From NCBI GenBank assembly GCA_040954595.2, contig CM082584.2, positions 4,406,110 through 4,470,109 of the forward strand: DNA of 64,000 nucleotides, read 5' to 3'. Of this stretch, positions 1 to 13,400 are shown piece after piece (the first letter of the stretch is position 1; every line of letters begins with the position of its first letter). Origin of the DNA: Balanoglossus misakiensis. Taxonomy: Eukaryota; Animalia; Hemichordata. The notes under the pieces were generated by a model. That model did not search any database, was not told where the DNA came from, and saw only the letters and a program-made list of their open reading frames with translations. A program made the position numbers and the translations under genes.

Positions 1-3000
1 TAGTAAAAACACTTCTGTTCTTTGTTCCTGACTATGCTTTTCAATTGGAAACGTCGTATCACGATCGACGCTGTTATCAGAAAAGAAAACAATAGGAGCA
101 ACTTTGTACCCGGCACACCTATATTCCTTTGTGTAAATTAGCTGTTTCCATGGTGCACTTTAAAAACAAAACAAAACAAAACAAAACAAAACATCACTCA
201 TATCTTTATTTTAAAATTTCGCTCAACAAGATTTCTTTGTTTTCTCATTTTAGTAAAAACATTTCTGTTCTTTGTTCCTGACTATGCTTTTCAATTGGAA
301 ATGTCGCATCACGATCGACGCTGTTATCAGAAAAGAAAACAATAGGAGCAACTTTGTACCCGGCACACCGATATTCCTTTGTGTAAATTAGCTGTTTCCA
401 TGGTGCACTTTAAAAACAAAACAAAACAAAACAAAACAAAACATCACTCATATCTTTATTTTAAAATTTCGCTCAACAAGATTTCTTTGTTTTCTCATTT
501 TAGTAAACACATTTCTGTTCTTTGTTCCTGACTATGCTTTTCAATTGGAAACGTCGCATCACGATCGACGCTGTTATCAGAAAAGAAAACAATAGGAGCA
601 ACTTTGTACCCGGCACACCGATATTCCTTTGTGTAAATTAGCTGTTTCCATGGTGCACTTTAAAAACAAAACAAAACAAAACAAAACAAAACAAAACATC
701 ACTCATATCTTTATTTTAAAATTTCGCTCAACAAGTTTTCTTTGTTTTCTCATTTTAGTAAAAACACTTCTGTTCTTTGTTCCTGACTATGCTTTTCAAT
801 TGGAAACGTCGTATCACGATCGACGCTGTTATCAGAAAAGAAAACAATAGGAGCAACTTTGTACCCGGCACACCGATATTCCTTTGTGTAAATTAGCTGT
901 TTCCATGGTGCACTTTAAAAACAAAACAAAACAAAACAAAACAAAACAAAACATCACTCATATCTTTATTTTAAAATTTCGCTCAACAAGATTTCTTTGT
1001 TTTCTCATTTTAGTAAAAACATTTCTGTTCTTTGTTCCTGACTATGCTTTTCAATTGGAAATGTCGCATCACGATCGACGCTGTTATCAGAAAAGAAAAC
1101 AATAGGAGCAACTTTGTACCCGGCACACCGATATTCCTTTGTGTAAATTAGCTGTTTCCATGGTGCACTTTAAAAACAAAACAAAACAAAACAAAACAAA
1201 ACAAAACATCACTCATATCTTTATTTTAAAATTTCGCTCAACAAGATTTCTTTGTTTTCTCATTTTAGTAAAAACACTTCTCTTCTTTGTTCCTGACTAT
1301 GCTTTTCAATTGGAAACGTCGTATCACGATCGACGCTGTTATCAGAAAAGAAAACAATAGGAGCAACTTTGTACCCGGCACACCTATATTCCTTTGTGTA
1401 AATTAGCTGTTTCCATGGTGCACTTTAAAAACAAAACAAAACAAAACAAAACAAAACAAAACATCACTCATATCTTTATTTTAAAATTTCACTCAACAAG
1501 ATTTCTTTGTTTTCTCATTTTAGTAAAAACATTTCTGTTCTTTGTTCCTGACTATGCTTTTCAATTGGAAACGTCGTATCACGATCGACGCTGTTATCAG
1601 AAAAGAAAACAATAGGAGCAACTTTGTACCTGGTACACCTCTATTCCTTTGTGTAAATTAGCTGTTACCACGGTGCACTTTAAAAACAAAACAAAACAAA
1701 ACAAAACAAAACAAAACAAAACATCACTCATATCTTTATTTTAAAATTTCACTCAACAAGATTTCTTTGTTTCCCATTTTAGTAAAAACACTTCTGTTCT
1801 TTGTTCCTGACTATGCTTTTCAATTGGAAACGTCGTATCACGATCGACGCTGTTATCAGAAAAGAAAACAATAGGAGCAACTTTGTACCCGGCACACCTA
1901 TATTCCTTTGTATAAATTAGCTGTTTCCATGGTGCACTTTAAAAACAAAACAAAACAAAACAAAACAAAACAAAACAAAACATCACTCATATCTTTATTT
2001 TAAAATTTCACTCAACAAGATTTCTTTGTTTCCCATTTTAGTAAAAACACTTCTGTTCTTTTTTCCGGACAATGCTTTTCAATTGGAAACGTCGTATCAC
2101 GATCGACGCTGTTATCAGAAAAGAAAACAATAGGAGCAACTTTGTACCCGGTACACCTATATTCCTTTGTGTAAATTAGCTGTTTCCATGGTGCACTTTA
2201 AAAACAAAACAAAACAAAACAAAACAAAACAAAACATCACTCATATCTTTATTTTAAAATTTCACTCAACAAGATTTCTTTGTTTCCCATTTTAGTAAAA
2301 ACACTTCTGCTCTTTTTTCCGGACAATGCTTTTCAATTGGAAACGTCGTATCACGATCGACGCTGTTATCAGAAAAGAAAACAATAGGAGCAACTTTGTA
2401 CCCGGCACACCTATATTCCTTTGTGTAAATTAGCTGTTTCCATGGTGCACTTTAAAAACAAAACAAAACAAAACAAAACATCACTCATATCTTTATTTTA
2501 AAATTTCACTCAACAAGATTTCTTTGTTTCCCATTTTAGTAAAAACACTTCTGTTCTTTGTTCCTGACTATGCTTTTCAATTGGAAACGTCGTATCACGA
2601 TCGACGCTGTTATCAGAAAAGAAAACAATAGGAGCAACTTTGTACCCGGCACACCTATATTCCTTTGTATAAATTAGCTGTTTCCATGGTGCACTTTAAA
2701 AACAAAACAAAACAAAACAAAACAAAACAAAACAAAACATCACTCATATCTTTATTTTAAAATTTCACTCAACAAGATTTCTTTGTTTCCCATTTTAGTA
2801 AAAACACTTCTGTTCTTTTTTCCGGACAATGCTTTTCAATTGGAAACGTCGTATCACGATCGACGCTGTTATCAGAAAAGAAAACAATAGGAGCAACTTT
2901 GTACCCGGTACACCTATATTCCTTTGTGTAAATTAGCTGTTTCCATGGTGCACTTTAAAAACAAAACAAAACAAAACAAAACAAAACAAAACATCACTCA

Positions 3001-6000
3001 TATCTTTATTTTAAAATTTCACTCAACAAGATTTCTTTGTTTCCCATTTTAGTAAAAACACTTCTGCTCTTTTTTCCGGACAATGCTTTTCAATTGGAAA
3101 CGTCGTATCACGATCGACGCTGTTATCAGAAAAGAAAACAATAGGAGCAACTTTGTACCCGGCACACCTATATTCCTTTGTGTAAATTAGCTGTTTCCAT
3201 GGTGCACTTTAAAAACAAAACAAAACAAAACAAAACATCACTCATATCTTTATTTTAAAATTTCGCTCAACAAGATTTCTTTGTTTTCTCATTTTAGTAA
3301 AAACACTTCTGTTCTTTGTTCCTGACTATGCTTTTCAATTGGAAACGTCGTATCACGATCGACGCTGTTATCAGAAAAGAAAACAATAGGAGCAACTTTG
3401 TACCCGGCACACCTATATTCCTTTGTGTAAATTAGCTGTTTCCATGGTGCACTTTAAAAACAAAACAAAACAAAACATCACTCATATCTTTATTTTAAAA
3501 TTTCGCTCAACAAGATTTCTTTGTTTTCTCATTTTAGTAAAAACATTTCTGTTCTTTGTTCCTGACTATGCTTTTCAATTGGAAATGTCGCATCACGATC
3601 GACGCTGTTATCAGAAAAGAAAACAATAGGAGCAACTTTGTACCCGGCACACCTACATTCCTTTGTGTAAATTAGCTGTTTCCATGGTGCACTTTAAAAA
3701 CAAAACAAAACAAAACAAAACAAAACAAAACATCACTCATATCTTTATTTTAAAATTTCGCTCAACAAGTTTTCTTTGTTTTCTCATTTTAGTAAAAACA
3801 CTTCTGTTCTTTGTTCCTGACTATGCTTTTCAATTGGAAACGTCGTATCACGATCGACGCTGTTATCAGAAAAGAAAACAATAGGAGCAACTTTGTACCC
3901 GGCACACCTATATTCCTTTGTGTAAATTAGCTGTTTCCATGGTGCACTTTAAAAACAAAACAAAACAAAACAAAACAAAACATCACTCATATCTTTATTT
4001 TAAAATTTCGCTCAACAAGATTTCTTTGTTTTCTCATTTTAGTAAAAACATTTCTGTTCTTTGTTCCTGACTATGCTTTTCAATTGGAAATGTCGCATCA
4101 CGATCGACGCTGTTATCAGAAAAGAAAACAATAGGAGCAACTTTGTACCCGGCACACCGATATTCCTTTGTGTAAATTAGCTGTTTCCATGGTGCACTTT
4201 AAAAACAAAACAAAACAAAACAAAACAAAACATCACTCATATCTTTATTTTAAAATTTCGCTCAACAAGATTTCTTTGTTTTCTCATTTTAGTAAACACA
4301 TTTCTGTTCTTTGTTCCTGACTATGCTTTTCAATTGGAAACGTCGCATCACGATCGACGCTGTTATCAGAAAAGAAAACAATAGGAGCAACTTTGTACCC
4401 GGCACACCGATATTCCTTTGTGTAAATTAGCTGTTTCCATGGTGCACTTTAAAAACAAAACAAAACAAAACAAAACAAAACATCACTCATATCTTTATTT
4501 TAAAATTTCGCTCAACAAGATTTCTTTGTTTTCTCATTTTAGTAAAAACACTTCTCTTCTTTGTTCCTGACTATGCTTTTCAATTGGAAACGTCGTATCA
4601 CGATCGACGCTGTTATCAGAAAAGAAAACAATAGGAGCAACTTTGTACCCGGCACACCTATATTCCTTTGTGTAAATTAGCTGTTTCCATGGTGCACTTT
4701 AAAAACAAAACAAAACAAAACAAAACAAAACAAAACATCACTCATATCTTTATTTTAAAATTTCACTCAACAAGATTTCTTTGTTTTCTCATTTTAGTAA
4801 AAACATTTCTGTTCTTTGTTCCTGACTATGCTTTTCAATTGGAAACGTCGTATCACGATCGACGCTGTTATCAGAAAAGAAAACAATAGGAGCAACTTTG
4901 TACCTGGTACACCTCTATTCCTTTGTGTAAATTAGCTGTTACCACGGTGCACTTTAAAAACAAAACAAAACAAAACAAAACAAAACAAAACAAAACATCA
5001 CTCATATCTTTATTTTAAAATTTCGCTCAACAAGATTTCTTTGTTTTCTCATTTTAGTAAAAACATTTCTGTTCTTTGTTCCTGACTATGCTTTTCAATT
5101 GGAAACGTCGTATCACGATCGACGCTGTTATCAGAAAAGAAAACAATAGGAGCAACTTTGTACCCGGCACACCTATATTCCTTTGTGTAAATTAGCTGTT
5201 TCCATGGTGCACTTTAAAAACAAAACAAAACAAAACAAAACAAAACAAAACATCACTCATATCTTTATTTTAAAATTTCACTCAACAAGATTTCTTTGTT
5301 TCCCATTTTAGTAAAAACACTTCTGTTCTTTGTTCCTGACTATGCTTTTCAATTGGAAACGTCGTATCACGATCCACGCTGTTATCAGAAAAGAAAACAA
5401 TAGGAGCAACTTTGTACCCGGCACACCTATATTCCTTTGTATAAATTAGCTGTTTCCATGGTGCACTTTAAAAACAAAACAAAACAAAACAAAACAAAAC
5501 AAAACAAAACAAAACATCACTCATATCTTTATTTTAAAATTTCACTCAACAAGATTTCTTTGTTTCCCATTTTAGTAAAAACACTTCTGTTCTTTTTTCC
5601 GGACAATGCTTTTCAATTGGAAACGTCGTATCACGATCGACGCTGTTATCAGAAAAGAAAACAATAGGAGCAACTTTGTACCCGGTACACCTATATTCCT
5701 TTGTGTAAATTAGCTGTTTCCATGGTGCACTTTAAAAACAAAACAAAACAAAACAAAACAAAACAAAACATCACTCATATCTTTATTTTAAAATTTCACT
5801 CAACAAGATTTCTTTGTTTCCCATTTTAGTAAAAACACTTCTGCTCTTTTTTCCGGACAATGCTTTTCAATTGGAAACGTCGTATCACGATCGACGCTGT
5901 TATCAGAAAAGAAAACAATAGGAGCAACTTTGTACCCGGCACACCTATATTCCTTTGTGTAAATTAGCTGTTTCCATGGTGCACTTTAAAAACAAAACAA

Positions 6001-7497
6001 AACAAAACAAAACATCACTCATATCTTTATTTTAAAATTTCACTCAACAAGATTTCTTTGTTTCCCATTTTAGTAAAAACACTTCTGTTCTTTGTTCCTG
6101 ACTATGCTTTTCAATTGGAAACGTCGTATCACGATCGACGCTGTTATCAGAAAAGAAAACAATAGGAGCAACTTTGTACCCGGCACACCTATATTCCTTT
6201 GTATAAATTAGCTGTTTCCATGGTGCACTTTAAAAACAAAACAAAACAAAACAAAACAAAACAAAACATCACTCATATCTTTATTTTAAAATTTCACTCA
6301 ACAAGATTTCTTTGTTTCCCATTTTAGTAAAAACACTTCTGTTCTTTTTTCCGGACAATGCTTTTCAATTGGAAACGTCGTATCACGATCGACGCTGTTA
6401 TCAGAAAAGAAAACAATAGGAGCAACTTTGTACCCGGCACACCTATATTCCTTTGTGTAAATTAGCTGTTTCCATGGTGCACTTTAAAAACAAAACAAAA
6501 CAAAACAAAACATCACTCATATCTTTATTTTAAAATTTCACTCAACAAGATTTCTTTGTTTCCCATTTTAGTAAAAACACTTCTGTTCTTTGTTCCTGAC
6601 TATGCTTTTCAATTGGAAACGTCGTATCACGATCGACGCTGTTATCAGAAAAGAAAACAATAGGAGCAACTTTGTACCCGGCACACCTATATTCCTTTGT
6701 ATAAATTAGCTGTTTCCATGGTGCACTTTAAAAACAAAACAAAACAAAACAAAACAAAACAAAACATCACTCATATCTTTATTTTAAAATTTCACTCAAC
6801 AAGATTTCTTTGTTTCCCATTTTAGTAAAAACACTTCTGTTCTTTTTTCCGGACAATGCTTTTCAATTGGAAACGTCGTATCACGATCGACGCTGTTATC
6901 AGAAAAGAAAACAATAGGAGCAACTTTGTACCCGGCACACCTATATTCCTTTGTGTAAATTAGCTGTTTCCATGGTGCACTTTAAAAACAAAACAAAACA
7001 AAACAAAACAAAACAAAACAAAACATCACTCATATCTTTATTTTAAAATTTCGCTCAACAAGATTTCTTTGTTTTCTCATTTTAGTAAAAACATTTCTGT
7101 TCTTTGTTCCTGACTATGCTTTTCAATTGGAAATGTCGCATCACGATCGACGCTGTTATCAGAAAAGAAAACAATAGGAGCAACTTTGTACCCGGCACAC
7201 CTATATTCCTTTGTGTAAATTAGCTGTTTCCATGGTGCACTTTAAAAACAAAACAAAACAAAACAAAACAAAACATCACTCATATCTTTATTTTAAAATT
7301 TCGCTCAACAAGATTTCTTTGTTTTCTCATTTTAGTAAAAACACTTCTGTTCTTTGTTCCTGACTATGCTTTTCAATTGGAAACGTCGTATCACGATCGA
7401 CGCTGTTATCAGAAAAGAAAACAATAGGAGCAACTTTGTACCCGGCACACCTATATTCCTTTGTGTAAATTAGCTGTTTCCATGGTGCACTTTAAAA
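1..7497. repeat. Satellite array of ~30 monomers of 245-260 bp, each with a variable (CAAAA)n tract; runs off the left edge
   Basis: Near-identical units recur every 245-260 bp (acgatcgacgctgttatcagaaaagaaaacaataggagc). Length differences come mainly from CAAAA copy number. Confidence 0.98.
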
Positions 7498-10400
7498 ACA
7501 GAACACACCATTGGTTCGAAATATAGTTATACACATTATATCACAATTTGGGATGCAAAATGAAAAAAAAATATGAGAGTTCATCATTTTGATTTGTTAT
7601 TCCATAAATTTGAACACTATCAATCTTTATATATCGCCGTACCGTGTGCAGCGTCAATTTCTCATGTACATTGTATATTGTTACAACGTTGGCGACTGTT
7701 GTGTTTGAAGACGTCAATTTGTCTTTAACGTTACCATTTGAGAAAAATCCGACAGGGCAGTAAAATTCCATGACAAAATTTCAAAAACGGGTATACCCCT
7801 AATGAACCCCTTGGTTTGAAAAACGATTGATTTCCCATTTTTCTTATGTACCTTCATAATGCAATAGTCAACATTGGCAATGCCTTGGATATCTTCTGAA
7901 ATTCAGTGTCTTGCAGCATTTTTATCCAGTAATATAATTTATATCGGCGCATTTTGATTACCACCCGAAATCCCATCGTCCGCTCACACGGGTTGTTGCA
8001 AGACATTGGCGGGCGAAGATGTTTCACGTTTCCGAATTGATAAAATAAATTTAAACTTGGACTCTGTCTCGGTTGTTGCATTGTCTTCGTTCACGTTTTT
8101 GTCATGAAAAGCGATCATAAATTACCAAACTGTTGAAAAATGCGCAGCAAACTAGACTGGGACTTATAAAACTTACCTGCAGTATGTCGACGTCGTCTTA
8201 GTACAAGTCAAATGAGACTTTGTTAACAATAGCACACGTTTTATGTACTAGTATCAGTGAGCAATAAATTATCTACGAACAATATGTATATTAATTATTA
8301 TGTCACATACCCGATTGGTTACTCCGAAGGATCAACCATTTTATGTAGGGTATCCAAGATCGTTTTTATAGCCCTTTATTAGGAGGAAGTTGATGTAATT
8401 ATATGTAAGTTTTTGTGGACTTGACATTTAGAAAAGAGTTGTAAGTACAGGTTTTGAATTTCACCTGATATAAGATTAAATCAATTAAACGTGAAAGGTT
8501 AGTAATACTATAGACTAAAATCCAGCTAAATTTGAAAACTTGCCATCCGTTGGTCCGGATTGGGGGTTGTCGTATTCAAATTAAGGCAGTCGATTCCATG
8601 GCTACATGTACAAACAAATTAAACAGAAATTCCATGGAAACCATGTACACTACGTGCCTACAGATTGTACGCCAAGGTTTTAAATGACTGGTGCCAGGCT
8701 AGTAACAATATGGATGTAAACAAAAACGAGGCAGTATGTGAAGTCAGTTTTATTTAGACCGTTAAATTAGACCGGGTCGCGTTTCACAGCTTAGACACCA
8801 TGTCATATGCCTTGCTCCATGTTAATCAAACAAGTAATAAAAAAATCGGGCGCAAAGGCCAAGTAGCCGACAAAATATGCAAATGATATGAAAGCTTCTA
8901 TGATGATGATGGGGTGGGGGGGGGGGGGGGGCTAGTGGGAGTTGGAGTGGGAACTGCACGGGGCCCTGCCTGTTTGTAGTTAGTTGCAAAGTTACATTTC
9001 TGTTCTTTGTTCCTGACTATGCTTTTCAATTGGAAACGTCGTATCACGATCGACGCTGTTATCAGAAAAGAAAACAATAGGAGCAACTTTGTACCCGGCA
9101 CACCTATATTCCTTTGTGTAAATTAGCTGTTTCCATGGTGCACTTTAAAAACAAAACAAAACAAAACAAAACATCACTCATATCTTTATTTTAAAATTTC
9201 GCTCAACAAGATTTCTTTGTTTTCTCATTTTAGTAAAAACATTTCTGTTCTTTGTTCCTGACTATGCTTTTCAATTGGAAATGTCGCATCACGATCGACG
9301 CTGTTATCAGAAAAGAAAACAATAGGAGCAACTTTGTACCCGGCACACCTACATTCCTTTGTGTAAATTAGCTGTTTCCATGGTGCACTTTAAAAACAAA
9401 ACAAAACAAAACAAAACATCACTCATATCTTTATTTTAAAATTTCGCTCAACAAGATTTCTTTGTTTTCTCATTTTAGTAAAAACACTTCTGTTCTTTGT
9501 TCCTGACTATGCTTTTCAATTGGAAACGTCGTATCACGATCGACGCTGTTATCAGAAAAGAAAACAATAGGAGCAACTTTGTACCCGGCACACCTATATT
9601 CCTTTGTGTAAATTAGCTGTTTCCATGGTGCACTTTAAAAACAGAACACACCATTGGTTCGAAATATAGTTATACACATTATATCACAATTTGGGATGCA
9701 AAATGAAAAAAAAAATATGAGAGTTCATCATTTTGATTTGTTATTCCATAAATTTGAACACTATCAATCTTTATATATCGCCGTACCGTGTGCAGCGTCA
9801 ATTTCTCATGTACATTGTATATTGTTACAACGTTGGCGACTGTTGTGTTTGAAGACGTCAATTTGTCTTTAACGTTACCATTTGAGAAAAATCCGACAGG
9901 GCAGTAAAATTCCATGACAAAATTTCAAAAACGGGTATACCCCTAATGAACCCCTTGGTTTGAAAAACGATTGATTTCCCATTTTTCTTATGTACCTTCA
10001 TAATGCAATAGTCAACATTGGCAATGCCTTGGATATCTTCTGAAATTCAGTGTCTTGCAGCATTTTTATCCAGTAATATAATTTATATCGGCGCATTTTG
10101 ATTACCACCCGAAATCCCATCGTCCGCTCACACGGGTTGTTGCAAGACATTGGCGGGCGAAGATGTTTCACGTTTCCGAATTGATAAAATAAATTTAAAC
10201 TTGGACTCTGTCTCGGTTGTTGCATTGTCTTCGTTCACGTTTTTGTCATGAAAAGCGATCATAAATTACTAAACTGTTGAAAAATGCGCAGCAAACTAGA
10301 CTGGGACTTATAAAACTTACCTGCAGTATGTCGACGTCGTCTTAGTACAAGTCAAATGAGACTTTGTTAACAATAGCACACGTTTTATGTACTAGTATCA

Positions 10401-13400
10401 GTGAGCAATAAATTATCTACGAACAATATGTATATTAATTATTATGTCACATACCCGATTGGTTACTCCGAAGGATCAACCATTTTATGTAGGGTATCCA
10501 AGATCGTTTTTATAGCCCTTTATTAGGAGGAAGTTGATGTAATTATATGTAAGTTTTTGTGGAGTTGACATTTAGAAAAGAGTTGTAAGTACAGGTTTTG
10601 AATTTCACCTGATATAAGATTAAATCAATTAAACGTGAAAGGTTAGTAATACTATAGACTAAAATCCAGCTAAATTTGAAAACTTGCCATCCGTTGGTCC
10701 GGATTGGGGGTTGTCGTATTCAAATTAAGGCAGTCGATTCCATGGCTACATGTACAAACAAATTAAACAGAAATTCCATGGAAACCATGTACACTACGTG
10801 CCTACAGATTGTACGCCAAGGTTTTAAATGACTGGTGCCAGGCTAGTAACAATATGGATGTAAACAAAAACGAGGCAGTATGTGAAGTCAGTTTTATTTA
10901 GACCGTTAAATTAGACCGGGTCGCGTTTCACAGCTTAGACACCATGTAATATGCCTTGCTCCATGTTAATCAAACAAGTAATAAAAAAATCGGGCGCAAA
11001 GGCCAAGTAGCCGACAAAATATGCAAATGATATGAAAGCTTCTATGATGATGATGGGGTGGGGGGGGGGGGCTAGTGGGAGTTGGAGTGGGAACTGCACG
11101 GGGCCCTGCCTGTTTGTAGTTAGTTGCAAAGTTACATTTCTGTTCTTTGTTCCTGACTATGCTTTTCAATTGGAAACGTCGTATCACGATCGACGCTGTT
11201 ATCAGAAAAGAAAACAATAGGAGCAACTTTGTACCCGGCACACCTATATTCCTTTGTGTAAATTAGCTGTTTCCATGGTGCACTTTAAAAACAAAACAAA
11301 ACAAAACAAAACATCACTCATATCTTTATTTTAAAATTTCGCTCAACAAGATTTCTTTGTTTTCTCATTTTAGTAAAAACATTTCTGTTCTTTGTTCCTG
11401 ACTATGCTTTTCAATTGGAAACGTCGTATCACGATCGACGCTGTTATCAGAAAAGAAAACAATAGGAGCAACTTTGTACCCGGCACACCTATATTCCTTT
11501 GTGTAAATTAGCTGTTTCCATGGTGCACTTTAAAAACAAAACAAAACAAAACAAAACATCACTCATATCTTTATTTTAAAATTTCGCTCAACAAGATTTC
11601 TTTGTTTTCTCATTTTAGTAAAAACATTTCTGTTCTTTGTTCCTGACTATGCTTTTCAATTGGAAACGTCGTATCACGATCGACGCTGTTATCAGAAAAG
11701 AAAACAATAGGAGCAACTTTGTACCCGGCACACCTATATTCCTTTGTGTAAATTAGCTGTTTCCATGGTGCACTTTAAAAACAGAACACACCATTGGTTC
11801 GAAATATAGTTATACACATTATATCACAATTTGGGATGCAAAATGAAAAAAAAAATATGAGAGTTCATCATTTTGATTTGTTATTCCATAAATTTGAACA
11901 CTATCAATCTTTATATATCGCCGTACCGTGTGCAGCGTCAATTTCTCATGTACATTGTATATTGTTACAACGTTGGCGACTGTTGTGTTTGAAGACGTCA
12001 ATTTGTCTTTAACGTTACCATTTGAGAAAAATCCGACAGGGCAGTAAAATTCCATGACAAAATTTCAAAAACGGGTATACCCCTAATGAACCCCTTGGTT
12101 TGAAAAACGATTGATTTCCCATTTTTCTTATGTACCTTCATAATGCAATAGTCAACATTGGCAATGCCTTGGATATCTTCTGAAATTCAGTGTCTTGCAG
12201 CATTTTTATCCAGTAATATAATTTATATCGGCGCATTTTGATTACCACCCGAAATCCCATCGTCCGCTCACACGGGTTGTTGCAAGACATTGGCGGGCGA
12301 AGATGTTTCACGTTTCCGAATTGATAAAATAAATTTAAACTTGGACTCTGTCTCGGTTGTTGCATTGTCTTCGTTCACGTTTTTGTCATGAAAAGCGATC
12401 ATAAATTACCAAACTGTTGAAAAATGCGCAGCAAACTAGACTGGGACTTATAAAACTTACCTGCAGTATGTCGACGTCGTCTTAGTACAAGTCAAATGAG
12501 ACTTTGTTAACAATAGCACACGTTTTATGTACTAGTATCAGTGAGCAATAAATTATCTACGAACAATATGTATATTAATTATTATGTCACATACCCGATT
12601 GGTTACTCCGAAGGATCAACCATTTTATGTAGGGTATCCAAGATCGTTTTTATAGCCCTTTATTAGGAGGAAGTTGATGTAATTATATGTAAGTTTTTGT
12701 GGAGTTGACATTTAGAAAAGAGTTGTAAGTACAGGTTTTGAATTTCACCTGATATAAGATTAAATCAATTAAACGTGAAAGGTTAGTAATACTATAGACT
12801 AAAATCCAGCTAAATTTGAAAACTTGCCATCCGTTGGTCCGGATTGGGGGTTGTCGTATTCAAATTAAGGCAGTCGATTCCATGGCTACATGTACAAACA
12901 AATTAAACAGAAATTCCATGGAAACCATGTACACTACGTGCCTACAGATTGTACGCCAAGGTTTTAAATGACTGGTGCCAGGCTAGTAACAATATGGATG
13001 TAAACAAAAACGAGGCAGTATGTGAAGTCAGTTTTATTTAGACCGTTAAATTAGACCGGGTCGCGTTTCACAGCTTAGACACCATGTAATATGCCTTGCT
13101 CCATGTTAATCAAACAAGTAATAAAAAAATCGGGCGCAAAGGCCAAGTAGCCGACAAAATATGCAAATGATATGAAAGCTTCTATGATGATGATGGGGTG
13201 GGGGGGGGGGGCTAGTGGGAGTTGGAGTGGGAACTGCACGGGGCCCTGCCTGTTTGTAGTTAGTTGCAAAGTTACATTTCTGTTCTTTGTTCCTGACTAT
13301 GCTTTTCAATTAGAAACGTCGTATCACGATCGACGCTGTTATCAGAAAAGAAAACAATAGGAGCAACTTTGTACCCGGCACACCTATATTCCTTTGTGTA

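Noticed and set aside
629-5667. Repeated 68-76 aa plus-strand ORFs (MCKLAVSMVHFKNKTKQ...)
   Set aside because: They start at TTG and are open only when the CAAAA count happens to fit; they are a by-product of the satellite.
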